Source: Haliotis rubra (lineage: Eukaryota). From it: a stretch of DNA of 64,000 bases. A program made the translations under genes and the position numbers. The DNA lies in assembly GCF_003918875.1 (NCBI RefSeq), contig NW_025767102.1, positions 682,001-746,000 of the forward strand, read 5' to 3'. Below are positions 51,740 through 63,279 of this stretch, one piece after another; the first letter of the stretch is position 1; each line of letters begins with the position of its first letter. Below the pieces are notes generated by a model. The model saw only the letters and a list, made by a program, of their open reading frames with translations. It searched no databases and was not told where the DNA came from.

Positions 51740-52500
51740 GAAAACATTAAACTAATTGAAAAAGTTCGTTTAAAACTTATTAAATTGGTAGCAGGTCTTC
51801 GAAATTCAACACCAAACTATATGATTTATTGAGGACTTGGAAGGGAACCCTTCTATATCAAAATATGCAAACGTGCTATTCTATTCTGGCACAAATGGCA
51901 AGTCAAAATGAACTCCAAAACTGACAAATATTATTTTTAGATTTATCACCAGTAATTTCGCCGGCAACACTGAAAAGCAAATATGGACAACGTTTGCTAA
52001 GAAACTATTAAACAACTGTGGATCCCGGAATCGGTGAAATATTTGACAATCCGTTTATGTGTTCTTCATAGTGGTTAGCTTAAATACATTTGAAGAAATA
52101 TTGAAAGAACAGTTCTTGCAGAACTGGCATAGTTCCATTACTGAAAGTCCGAAAGGTGTGTACTATAAACTGTTTAAAGAAAATGTAAGTTTTCAAAAAT
52201 ACCTCTATCTTCCTAAAAACGTCTGTTATCTAATCTTGAAATTTAGAACAACAAATCACAATTTACCAGTTGAAACCGGACGCTGGTCTGATACCCCAAG
52301 AGTGGAACGTTTGTGCAATCTATGTTATTCCCCGGCGGTTGGTGACGAGTTCCACTACTTTTTCATGTGTGAAGCCCTTCTCGAGTCGCGGTCTATATAC
52401 ATGATACATAAAGAGCTCTACGAATGGCCTAATGTGTACAAGCTGAAAAATGTTTATCTAGCGCTAAAGTAAAATATGTGAAAAACTCATCAATATCATC
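51740..52500 (+). pseudogene. 3' fragment of a non-LTR retrotransposon ORF2 (RTE-X-like)
   Basis: IEKVRLKLIKLVAGLRNSTPNYMIY.GLGR; KFRTTNHNLPVETGRW..RLCNLC..VGDEFHYFFMC. Confidence 0.8.
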
Positions 52501-53037
52501 TTTAGATTAGTCGTAGTAGTATGTACTCATGTAAACTAAATTCTGTCATATTTCATTGAAAATCTTACCTTATATTCCTGTCATCTTGATTATATTACCA
52601 TATGTGAATCGATATTGTACTTTTCTCATGTACCACCGTTGGTGGGTTCTTCGACCATGCCAAGTCATAAGGTGTTCTCCACCTTGCTAATACCGAGCTG
52701 TATAGCCCGAGAAACTGAAAGTTTAGTTCTTTGTTAATGCAAATTGCCAGTTTTCAGTGTCAAATGTCTGCGCTATCAGCTGAATAAAACTCAAGATCTT
52801 TCAGTCGGTTACCAGAGTAAGCCATTCAATGTTTAACCTTAGAGAACCCACCCATGTGCACTAATGTAGGCTGTCAGCACCCTCAGACAGGTGACAGATC
52901 AGTGATAAATATATATATGTCTCCGAGTTTATTTCAGCGGACAGGTCCTGCCATTCTGGGATGAATGAAGCCATTCGACTGCAAGTGTTGTCACGGGGAC
53001 CGTCGTCTATTCCAATGATTCCGAGAGAAGGTGGACT

Positions 53038-53206
53038 CACGGGCAAACTGTAGCGTAAACAGGGTTGCGCAACAAAGAGAAAATGACCTGTCTTCGTATA
53101 TGCGATCGCATATACGAAGACTGGTCATTTTCTCTTTGTTGAATATACGAAGACTAGTCATTTTCTCTTTGTTGCGCAACCCTGTTTGCGCTACAGTTTG
53201 CCTGTG
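53038..53206. repeat. near-perfect spacerless palindrome with a 33-bp duplication in the right arm
   Basis: GGCAAACTGTAGCGTAAACAGGGTTGCGCAACAAAGAGAAAATGACC..TCTTCGTATATGCGA|TCGCATATACGAAGAC..; centre at ~53105. Confidence 0.9.
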
Positions 53207-53545
53207 GTGGTGGACTTGAGCATGCATTCTTTTGTGTAAACTTTTCCGTAAATTAAAGAACATGTATTTGATCAATCGCTTGTACCTTTTGGTAGCTTAG
53301 TGACTGAAAGTGTGAAAAGGTTAGAGCTGAACAAGAAGATAAATTACCCCTGTGTTATGTTTTTTTCTTCAAGGGTTATCTAATTGTCAACGTGCTCGCC
53401 GACAGGGGAGCTAGCTGAGAATTTTACGTTGACGAATACGAAAGAACATGTTGAGTCCAAACTTCTTCAGCTGGTTATATAATATACAGAATTCATCAAG
53501 AAATAAGTAGAGCAGTGATTACAACATTTCTATGATGGGACAGGC

Positions 53546-53805
53546 TCGTGAAGATCCGGGTTAGAATTGATCTTCAGTAACCCATGCTTGTCATAAGAGT
53601 CGACTAACGGAATCGGGTGGTCAGACTCTCTGACTTGCATGGTTGACACATGTCATCGTATCCCAATTGCGTAGATCGATGCTCATGCTGTTGATCACTG
53701 GATTGTCTGGTCCGGACTCGATTATTTACAGAATTCCATACAGCTGGGATATTGCTGAGTGTGGCGTCAAACTAAACTCACTCACTAACTCACTCACTCA
53801 CTCAC
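53546..53805 (+). mobile_element. headless SINE family A (full length)
   Basis: CTCGTGAAGATCCGGGTTAG ... GGCGTCAAACTAAACTCACTCAC. Confidence 0.9.
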
Positions 53806-54257
53806 GATGATAGGACCAGTCCCGCAAGCAGGGTCATCCTACCAACGGCCGTACATACAGGTGCAGTCTGAGTACCAGGCTGCCTGACAGTATAGACTTG
53901 AGCATATATTTAATATAGTTGTAGACAACAATGGACAGACGAAGAGACGACAATGGACAGATAGAGAATCAATAGCATTGCCTATTACTGATTGCTGTGA
54001 TGGCAGACACGAACGATAGGATAACCTATTAAGGTTATAAATGTCATAATAAAGATTATTGTGGTACAATGTGAAGTCGTCTAAATTACCCAAACGAGAT
54101 GAAACTCAACACTTTACAAAAGTGAATTAATCAAGCATACAACTTTATGGATGACCACTTGCAATTAAACAAGAAGTGGTCATAAAGTCATATGCTTCAT
54201 TTCTGACTCACCAACTTCTAGAATGCCGATCAAACAATTAAAGTGAGGTAGTCGAAA

Positions 54258-54562
54258 AGTGAGTGAGTTAGTGAGTTTAGTTTTACGCCGCACTCAGCAA
54301 AATCATATTCCAGCTGTATGGTGGCGGTCTGTACGGTAAAATAATCGAGTCTGGTGGTCATGAAATAGACAATCCAGTGATCAACAGTATGAGCATCGAT
54401 CTACGTAATTGGGACACTGTGACATGTGTCAACCATGAAGTCTAGATCTACCATTTCTGATAGCCTGACCACCATTGATTCGGTTAGTCATTAATCCCAT
54501 TTTCTTACTGACAAGCATAACGGAGTTACTGAAGATCAGTTCTAACCCGGACCTTCACGGGT
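54258..54562 (-). mobile_element. family A SINE with many small insertions
   Basis: Family A order is preserved despite many 1-12 bp insertions. Confidence 0.75.
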
Positions 54563-55289
54563 ATATTCGAAAAGATTTAATCTTGAAAGATAATGCCTTG
54601 TCAAAACAGAGTGCCAAGGGCGTGATTGAGTGAGTTTAGTTTTACGCCGCATTTAGCAATATTCAAGCAATATGACGGCGGGGGACACCAGAAATGGGCT
54701 TCACACATTGTACCCATCGAACCGGGTCTTCGGCGTGACGAGCGAACGCTTTACCCACTAGGGTACCCCACCGCCCCCAGAATGCTATGGGGCGACGGTG
54801 TAGCCCAATGGTGAAAGACCTGGGTTCGATTCCCCACATAGGTACAATGTGTGAAGCCCATTGTCGTGTCCCCCGCCGTGATATTGCTGAAATGTTGCTA
54901 AAATTGGCGGAAAAGTTAACTCACTCACTCACACTACAATGCTATGAAGTCACTCAGTAGCATAATTACTTTATCCACAACCCCGTTATATGTATACACA
55001 TTATTTACTAGGTGGATTATATAAGTGTTAATACGTAATCCTTACTTTCATCCGTTTCTGTCGTGTCATTGTAGCCCAGATACACTTGTACTATATGCGA
55101 GTTCGAGATCTTCCGTGTTAGAATTTTCATAAATAATACAATTTTCATGCAAAACCTTGGGACATTCGCATATCCCAATATTAAACGGAAAAAAGACACA
55201 ATTATATATCCAGAAAACAATTAAAATGTTTACTAGAGTATCAGAATAAAGTAAGCTCCGTCAAGTCAGTGTGTACATTGATATGGGTT

Positions 55290-56470
55290 CATGATAATAT
55301 TCAATTCTGCAAAAGAGTTCTTGGACTGAGCAAGACCGCCTCCGTGGTGTAGTTGTTAGAGCGTCCGCCCGGAGAGCGGAAGGTCGCGGGTTCGATCCCC
55401 GACCGCGTCTTACCAAAAGACGTTAAAATATGGTAAAAATTTTGGTCCCTGCCTGGCGCTCGGCATTAATGGGTACAACAAGGACTGGTCGGCTCGGAGT
55501 CAGTATAATGTGTCTGAGTGGGGTATTCATGCTTCACTGCGGCATGGTATCTCAGTGGGCTAGCACTATAAAACCAGCTGAAGTCTGGGCTAGTACAAGC
55601 AGCCGCACATACCCATACACACGCATGCACGTCGTCATATGAGCGAAATATTCTCAAGCACGACGTTAAACCCAATTTAACCTCACCTCACCTTGGACTG
55701 AGCAAAGCTGCAGCGAACAACATGGCTCTTGGAGAATGTGGCAAAACCTACTCACAGCTAACTTATATGACAAAAGCTATCCAATTCTGGTGCAGATTTA
55801 TCCAATTCTGGTGCAGACTTATCCAATTCTGGTGCAGACTTATCCATCTGGAACCTTCAAGACTCTCTTACCAATCCTACTATATAATTAAATCCATCTC
55901 TGATACAGGGCGTTATACTTAGGCTTCTAATATTAGAAATATGCTCTTTAAACTGGGATTTGTGTGGATACAACACGACATGGGAAACATTGATCTGTTC
56001 TTATTGGAATTTAAGCATCGACTGAAGGATAATATAATTCAGAACTGGCATACATCCCTACATGACAACTTAAAATGTTGCGACTACAAGATGTTTAAAT
56101 CTCTCCTTCATGTTGAAAAGTACCTTACATGTGACAGGCAACCTTGTCTCATCAAGTATATAGTTATTCCGTTGCAACAGCTTCGACTTATTAATAGAAT
56201 CTGGTCGTCATAAAAATATACCCAAGAGGCAAAGATTATGTGAAATGTGCACAACTAATAATACAAAGTTCATCGAAGATGAATACCATGATGAATACCA
56301 AGTATCATCATCTACGGAAGACATATATCAGCCAATATTTCTTTGAAAATCCAACTTTGCATAAATTTGCTCAGCTCATGCTATCCACTGAAATAAAAAC
56401 AATCCAAGCTACAGCTATGTTCCTGTACAAAGTGTTCAACGCACGGCGTGAAACTTATGAACTTTAAAAC
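55290..56470 (+). pseudogene. RTE-X-like LINE ORF2 3' fragment interrupted by a family C SINE
   Basis: FCKRVLGLS|KAAANNMALGECG is rejoined across the SINE; ASNIRNMLFKLGFVW, FKHRLKDNIIQNW, RLC..C..IEDEYH; 21-bp triplicate at 55779-55847. Confidence 0.75.
55334..55691 (+). mobile_element. tRNA-headed SINE family C with perfect TSD
   Basis: CTTGGACTGAGCAA on both sides. Confidence 0.95.
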
Positions 56471-57110
56471 TAAAATTAATGCATGCAATATACATTATCA
56501 ATCGATTTCAATATTGTATTTTGGGCCCGAGGCCGTACACTGTATGCGTCTGTCTGTCTGTCTAAACGACAATAATAAAGAACCATAGGCTATTTCGTTA
56601 AAAATAATGAATCTTTTAAACATAGCCAGGGGTCTTAACGAAACAGAACTTATGCTGAATGTGAATTGGTACCGAGCGGTGAGCCTACGTCTGAGCGACG
56701 TTGACATAGACCAACGACTTATGAATGATTTTACTGCTGCTTCTTTAGCATTTCGCACAGCTATGCCTTGTGAATGAAGGGGTGCTGTTGGGGTAGCCTA
56801 AATTTTAGTGGTAACGCCAAAGAAGGTTCCCCACATGGGCACAAAGTTTGAAGCCCTTTTCTGGTGATCCCAGATACTGCTGGATTATTGCTAAATGTGG
56901 CGGAAAACCACACTCACTCACGCACTCACTCACTTGAGAGTGAATAAATAAGTGAGTATAATTTAACGTTCACTATCAACTATGTTTCATCAAAATCCGC
57001 ATCCCACACATTAAAAGGGGCGCATCCGGGATTTTGGAGAAAAGGGGTGCACATAAAACATGAAGTCCGTAGGTTAGGGGGAGGTTTTCCTCAGGGAATT
57101 TTTTTTGGGG

Positions 57111-57273
57111 NNNNNNNNNNNNNNNNNNNNNNNNNNNNNNNNNNNNNNNNNNNNNNNNNNNNNNNNNNNNNNNNNNNNNNNNNNNNNNNNNNNNNNNNNN
57201 NNNNNNNNNNNNNNNNNNNNNNNNNNNNNNNNNNNNNNNNNNNNNNNNNNNNNNNNNNNNNNNNNNNNNNNNN
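57111..57273. other. assembly gap (N run), preceded by a probable MITE end (AGGGGCGCATCCGGG...)
   Basis: Run of n. Confidence 0.95.
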
Positions 57274-58534
57274 GAAGGTAAAATCAAGAAATGTATATGG
57301 TTAGGTCATAATAAAAAAATAATGTTTTTTAATCATTATGAATTAGATCAGTCAATTTGTCATTTAGTTTGTGTTTTTTAAAGTGTCAGTAAGAAATAGA
57401 AATGCAGAACAAATCTTTGATATGTTGCAGATATTACATTTGTTCTTTTAGTCCTCGTAAGACCACAATATCCATTTCCTTGTTTTATTGCATTATGAGA
57501 TAATAACAGAATTAAATATCGACGAACCTGTCGCTTAATTCAATATGTATCTTATAAATCTAATCATATTTCATCTCATTGGCTCATCTCATTGGGCGGT
57601 TAATGTTCACCCAGGGTTCACGTGATGCGCATGAAGGAGTATGCGCATCTTCCAACTGAGAGGAATGGTATAAGAGTCAAAGATCTGACTTTTATGACAT
57701 TGACAGAAGGCAGTAATGAAACATTATCTCCGTTAAGTGTGACATTGACGTCAAGGAAATCCATCTGGAAAATCAAGTTAAGTTCTACACATCCATAAAC
57801 TGTCCAACGCTTCTTCAGATTCACCGAATTAAAGTCCTTTCAGGAGACATAATCTAAGACATGTTGTAAGGTTTTTATTTTGATTCCGTTAAATTAAGTT
57901 AGAGAATGTTGAAAAAATTATCGGCAAGGAACTCTCCTAACAGTATGGCAAATGTTATTCTGAACTGTACAATTATTAACATGAAAGAAACGTTCAAAAT
58001 AAGGTACCGTGTATAAGGAATGAAAGGTTTTGCCTCTTTTGTTTGCTTCACTCCTTTTCATAAGACTTCAGGGGCGGTGGGGTAGCCTAGTGGTTAAAGC
58101 ATTCGGTCGTCACGCTGAAGACCCGAGTTCGACTCCCCACATGGGCAAAATGTGTGAAGCCCATTTCTGATGTCCCCAGCCATGACATTGCTGGAATATT
58201 GCTAAAAGACGCGAGAAGCCTAGCTTACTTACTCACCTATTTGCAAGGTTCGCCAATAATGTTCCTGAAATTGGGAGTAAGTGAGTAAGTAATTGTTCCT
58301 TACGCCGAAATCAACATCGTTGCAGTCACTCTACATCATCCTGTTATCAGTTCTGGGTCAGATGAAGCAGTGGTTGATAGCATGAGCATCGATCTAGGCA
58401 GAGGGAGCATGATGGTAGAAAAATCACCGAAACCACACACGTGGCCTTAGGATCCAATTTCGTACGCTCTTCTTTCCAGCACATTTCTTAAAGACGTGAG
58501 TGAGTTTAGTTTTACACCGTACTCAGCAACATAC

Positions 58535-58718
58535 CAACATATCTGTCAGCTGCGACTAAAATATACTTCTTTGGATAGGCATGTTGTTCATTTCTCTTTG
58601 CTACAATGTGTGCTCTTATATAGTGCTACTGGGAAGCTACCCATGAAAACCAGGTAAGAATTGATCTTCATCAACCTCTGCTTGTGTTAAGAGGCCACTA
58701 CCTGGGTCGGGTGGGCAG
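58535..58718 (-). repeat. 184-bp inverted copy of 62291-62474 inserted into a family A SINE (58497-58947)
   Basis: Exact reverse complement by inspection; flanked by the direct repeat ACTCAGCAACAT. Confidence 0.92.
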
Positions 58719-59981
58719 CGCACTCAGCAACATTCCCCCTCTATGGAGGCGGTCTGTAAGTAATCGAGTCTGGACCAGACAATCCATTGATCAACAGCAT
58801 GAGCATCGATCTACGTAATTGGGATATGATGACATTTATGTCAACCAAATCAGCGAGCCTGACCACCCGATACCGTTAGTCGCCTCTTAGGACATGCATG
58901 GGTTACTGAAAATCAATATTTTAATTCTAACCCTGATCTTCACGGGTATCTTAAAGACGCAAAACCAAGTAAATGCATTACATTCAGAATCTACAAACAA
59001 GACGTCATTCAAAAGTGTGTTTATTATAAAATTCACAAAACCAGATGATAGACAAATATGTACATGTATATTCCATATCTGACCTTGACATGTTCTTTAA
59101 CGAAGAAAGTCTTTCCGAGTAAATAACAGGTGCATAAAAAAATTGGCAAAGTAAGTCCAGCAAAATAACTGCACTCGACCTTGCCTTCGAAATTCACTGT
59201 CGAAAAATGCATCCTGGCGTTTTTTATCAATTACTTTATTAACAGATTCTTAATTTCAGAACCGTTCTTTTTTCCTTCCATCCGATTCCGTTCAGAAGAA
59301 TAAACTTCAAAGTAAGCCAGCAGTGGAAAAGAGTAAATTAATCCTTTGACATATCATAAAAAAATATTTTCAATTCTGTTTCTAATCCACAGTTTCTTTA
59401 TCACGCCCAGCCAAACACAATTTGAAAGATACAGTTGAGTTTCTTTTAAAAAACACAGAAATTTTAATTTGACCAAGGACTTTTTGAGAATCTGCGAGCC
59501 AAGTAATTAAAAAAACGTTTCTAATGGATTCAACAGAAGAAAAAGTTTAAATTGGTGAAATCTTTCTTTCTTGCTTTGTGGTTGGCAATATAAACGAAAA
59601 AAGGTTACACAACACAATGACAGCATTGCGTAAGACTTATATACCATTAAAAAAAGTAGGGGATATTCCATTTTGCGAGCATACCACGAATGCCAATGCC
59701 AATGCATATGAGAAAAGTAATATATATCCATACAGATGAAACATTTCCAAAGGAGTGGAATAAATTGTCACATTTTCCCTTAATTTCTCTTCATCATATG
59801 TTTCCTGCTTGGCTTCATCATTTGCATTTTATCAATCTTAAAATTCCAATATCTCCTACTGTTTTTGGATGGAATAATATATCCAACCGACACAACTTGC
59901 ATCATCCTTGACCACTCGTCTCTTTCCGGTACAGATGACGGAAACACGCGAGTGGTGACGAACATATCCTGGATTTTGGAA

Positions 59982-60097
59982 TCACAGCTTATTGGTAATA
60001 TCCTTCTTCAGGGTAATACCCTTCGTTTTGACAGACTGGGTATTTGGCTGCTGTGCGCTCTTGGACCTCCTGTTTACTATGTACTGGCAGTACTGGT
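59982..60097 (-). CDS. probable last coding exon of the secreted peptide/EF-hand precursor (YQYCQYIVNRRSK...NKL*)
   Basis: ttgttttcag acceptor with phase 1, matching the exon 3 donor; AATAAA downstream at ~59235. Confidence 0.55.
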
Positions 60098-60179
60098 CTG
60101 AAAACAATACAACAAACATGAATTCGAGAGCCTTGTGTTGCTTTTTCGTTGAAATTAAATTCGTTGTGTATGCATAATA

Positions 60180-60276
60180 TACTGAGGGAAAAAATAAGGG
60201 ATCATATGAAAGCACAAGTGTTCCTTTATATTTTTCCAGGTTTCTTTCATGTGATACCTTATTTTTCCCCTCAGTA
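60180..60276. mobile_element. ~100-bp Tc1-like MITE in intron
   Basis: TIRs TACTGAGGGAAAAAATAAGGGATCA / TGATACCTTATTTTTCCCCTCAGTA. Confidence 0.75.
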
Positions 60277-61577
60277 TATCACCTGAATATTTCTTTATAT
60301 TCTTGTAAAGTATCATACTTTTGAAATGCTTTCAAGAAACAGAATTCAAACTAACGTTTTTGTTTTGATAGGCGTAGGTCCAAAACAAATTCGACTTATT
60401 GTGTCCGAGTATTTACAACGAGCGGTTCCAGAAGAACAGTAGAATGGTGCCCACTCAGAAACGATTCCTGAGGTTAAGACATGCATATAGGGCTCCCGTT
60501 TTAGAAGGTTAATCTTTGCGCAAAGACACGTTAAGTACACGTTAAAGTAAAGGAACCATGATCGTCTAAACGCTGGGTTCGCTGAGATCGTTGCTACACA
60601 TTGACGTGGAGCCTCAAGTACATACAAGACGTTTGGCATTCCCCAATAGCTACAACAGGGGATCTGTCAGAAGAAATAAGGTTACAATGAACTTGAAATT
60701 AATATTCATTTAAAAGCAACCCCATTATAGTCATACGTCCCATTAGTCAGACGTCTTAAAGAAACACATGTGATGGTTGATTGCTCTTACATGTGAACCC
60801 TTAGTACCTATGTAGGTAATGGAATGGCCTATATGAAACGAAACAAATTTAGCAAGAATTAGCACTTTTGAGTCATTATCAAAATTCGTGCATATTTCAT
60901 GTAGGCAAAAATTGTAAGTTTTGTGCGCTTGTTTGGAGTATTCTGAATATACAAAACATAAATTATGCATTTTTCATATTTAACCCTTATCATTAATAGA
61001 AATTTCAGGAAATTGCGTCACTACCGTTACGATGAAAAGAAAAAAAATCAAAAACTGATATCATTAATGTACATATATATTGGAATATCTAGTTTTACAA
61101 TATAACATGGCTAATGAGTTTTATAATTATATATTTATTGCTTAAAAGGGGCCAACAAGCCAAAACATCACTTTCATTTCTGATTTGCAAATATAAAGTA
61201 ATATGTAGCAAAAAATTCAAAATGAGAGTATAAATTATTTTATGCTTAATTGAAGCTCTACTACCAAACATACTTGCACTACAAGTTCCAAATATAAACA
61301 GATAAATCAATCATAATTAAATAAGGAAAATGGTAATGTTATGGTATGTATAGTGGTATTATTGTTGCGGTGACACAATAACGTAGTGACATTTTTTTAA
61401 TAATAGCCAGTTTTATATGTTTACTTTAAAAGCTGATTTAATGGAATTTATTAGTCAGATATTTCAGGATGTTTAAAGAATATCTAATAGACAAAAGATT
61501 TACTTAGATGTCTTTTCATACAGTATCCTGGTACCCCAACTGATGATGAATAAATGAAACACGCATTCACAACTTAC

Positions 61578-61652
61578 AATCGTTATCGTTGAGATCCATC
61601 TCGAACACAAACGGTCCTCCATATAGTTCGCCAGATGTGAGGACATTATCTC
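61578..61652 (-). CDS. exon 3 of the precursor: completes the second EF-hand (GDNVLTSGELYGGPFVFEMDLNDND)
   Basis: gatttgcag acceptor in phase 1 joins DIN-G to DNVLTSGE; GTAAGT donor. Without splicing the frame ends CKL* at 61567. Confidence 0.85.
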
Positions 61653-61807
61653 CTGCAAATCGAAATTATATAATGAAACATTCATATGCATTCATGTACA
61701 CAGAATTCTATTTGTACATTTGGTGAATGTCTTCTGACTTCAAATACACTGCAAATATCAATATCCCCTTTGACAGTTCTCCAGCATCCTAGGCTTATGG
61801 TAGGACG

Positions 61808-62100
61808 GTTTGTTTGTTTGTTATTTAACGCTACACCCAGCAATACTCCAGCCATATGACTGTCTTTCACTGACGAGTATGGACCAGACAGTCCAGTGAT
61901 CAAAGCATGAGCATCAATCTTCGCAATCGGGATACGATGACTTGCGTCAACCAATTCGGCGAGCCTGACACATGTCATCATATCCCAATTACGTAGATTG
62001 ATGCTCATGCTGTTGATCACTGGATTGTCTGGACCAGATTCGATTATTCATTACAAACCGCCTCCATAGAGCGGGGATATTGCTGAGTGCGGCGTTAAAC
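61808..62100. mobile_element. two 5'-truncated family A SINEs joined head-to-head (fold-back)
   Basis: 61808-61968 is minus and 61965-62100 is plus; they meet at TGACACATGTCA. Confidence 0.75.
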
Positions 62101-62149
62101 AATTTGCAACAAACCAACCAAACCAAGTAACCAACTCTCCTGAACATGG

Positions 62150-62371
62150 AGTGAGTGAGTGAGTTTAATTGTACGCCGCACTCAGCAATATTCCAGCTAT
62201 ATGGCGGTGGTCTGTAAATAATCCAGTGATCAATATCATGAGCATCAATCTACGCATTTGGGAACCGACGTGTCAACCAAGTCAGCGAGCCTGCCCACCC
62301 GACCCAGGTAGTGGCCTCTTAACACAAGCAGAGGTTGATGAAGATCAATTCTTACCTGGTTTTCATGGGTA
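62150..62371 (-). mobile_element. headless SINE family A in intron 2
   Basis: (GAGT)n tail; 5' end CCCATGAAAACC. Confidence 0.8.
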
Positions 62372-62496
62372 GCTTCCCAGTAGCACTATATAAGAGCACA
62401 CATTGTAGCAAAGAGAAATGAACAACATGCCTATCCAAAGAAGTATATTTTAGTCGCAGCTGACAGATATGTTGTTTATGCATATTATTCCCATAC

Positions 62497-62659
62497 CATT
62501 TATGTCGGCAAGTCCGAAGACCGTCTTGAGGTCATTCTGGTCCATCGTATGTCCGGTAACAAAGGCGAATTCCTTGACACTGACCACCCCATCGTCGTTG
62601 AGGTCATAGGCTGAGAACTTGTTAGGCATTGGCATGAGATGTCCGCTGTAGTCACTGCC
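62497..62659 (-). CDS. exon 2 of the precursor: EF-hand domain
   Basis: gaacag|GGC in phase 0; FSAYDLNDDGVVSVKEF (canonical EF loop) ... VFGLADIN-G|GTATGG donor. Confidence 0.88.
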
Positions 62660-62991
62660 CTGTTCATGTAGAATGTGTGAGTGAGTATGCTTTTACGCCG
62701 ACTTTAGCTGCAATATTACGGCGAGGGACACCAGACATCGGCTTCATTATACCCATATTGGGAATCGAACTAGAGTCCCCGGCGTGACGAGAGAACGCTG
62801 GAACCACAAGGGCACCCCACTAACGAACGCAAGGGGACCACTAATTTTAGATCGTTATAACCACAGTTCGCTACACGTATTTAGACTCAAATATACAGCA
62901 AATGGCAGGGACAAAAGAAACAGTTCGTAAAATCCGTCATTTCGTTATAAGCGTGTTCGATACAAACGTAGTAATTGCAAGTACATATTAC

Positions 62992-63279
62992 CTTTCTAAT
63001 AGAACGCTTTCCTCTGTTGCAAAGTGGCACACATACGAAGGGACAGAAGTACATGCCGACCTTGTCTTCACAGAGTCGGGGACACGCAGTCCTGCAGCCA
63101 ATGTTCATGGTCTCATTGACAGCTTTCAGACCAACATTAAGCAGATCTTTGGCCATGTTCTTTCCCATGTTTGTAAACTCCCGTCCGAGGTCCTGCCACA
63201 TACTCCCCAGAAACGCTTGTGCTGATTGGCCAAACACAAGCAGAGTTGCGCCAATCAGGATACTGTTATACAACTTCAT
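62992..63279 (-). CDS. first coding exon of a secreted prepropeptide: signal peptide, amphipathic helix, C-x3-C-x3-C-x8-C-x3-C-x3-C, GKR site
   Basis: ttccag|ACACCATG start context; hydrophobic leader ending AQA; AAG|GTAATA donor. The spliced 4-exon CDS is 642 nt (213 aa). Confidence 0.88.

Noticed and set aside
55334-55410. tRNA genes at SINE heads (also 4645-4718, 37440-37515, 58070-58140)
   Set aside because: They continue into repeated bodies with LINE-like tails and TSDs, so they are SINEs.
60346-60663. Possible extra exon (IPCCSYWGMPN.. / GECQTSCMYL) after a tctgacag acceptor in intron 3
   Set aside because: In the phase required by exon 3 it reads YPLL-stop, and the Cys-rich frames are out of phase. 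An alternative short terminal exon cannot be excluded without RNA data.
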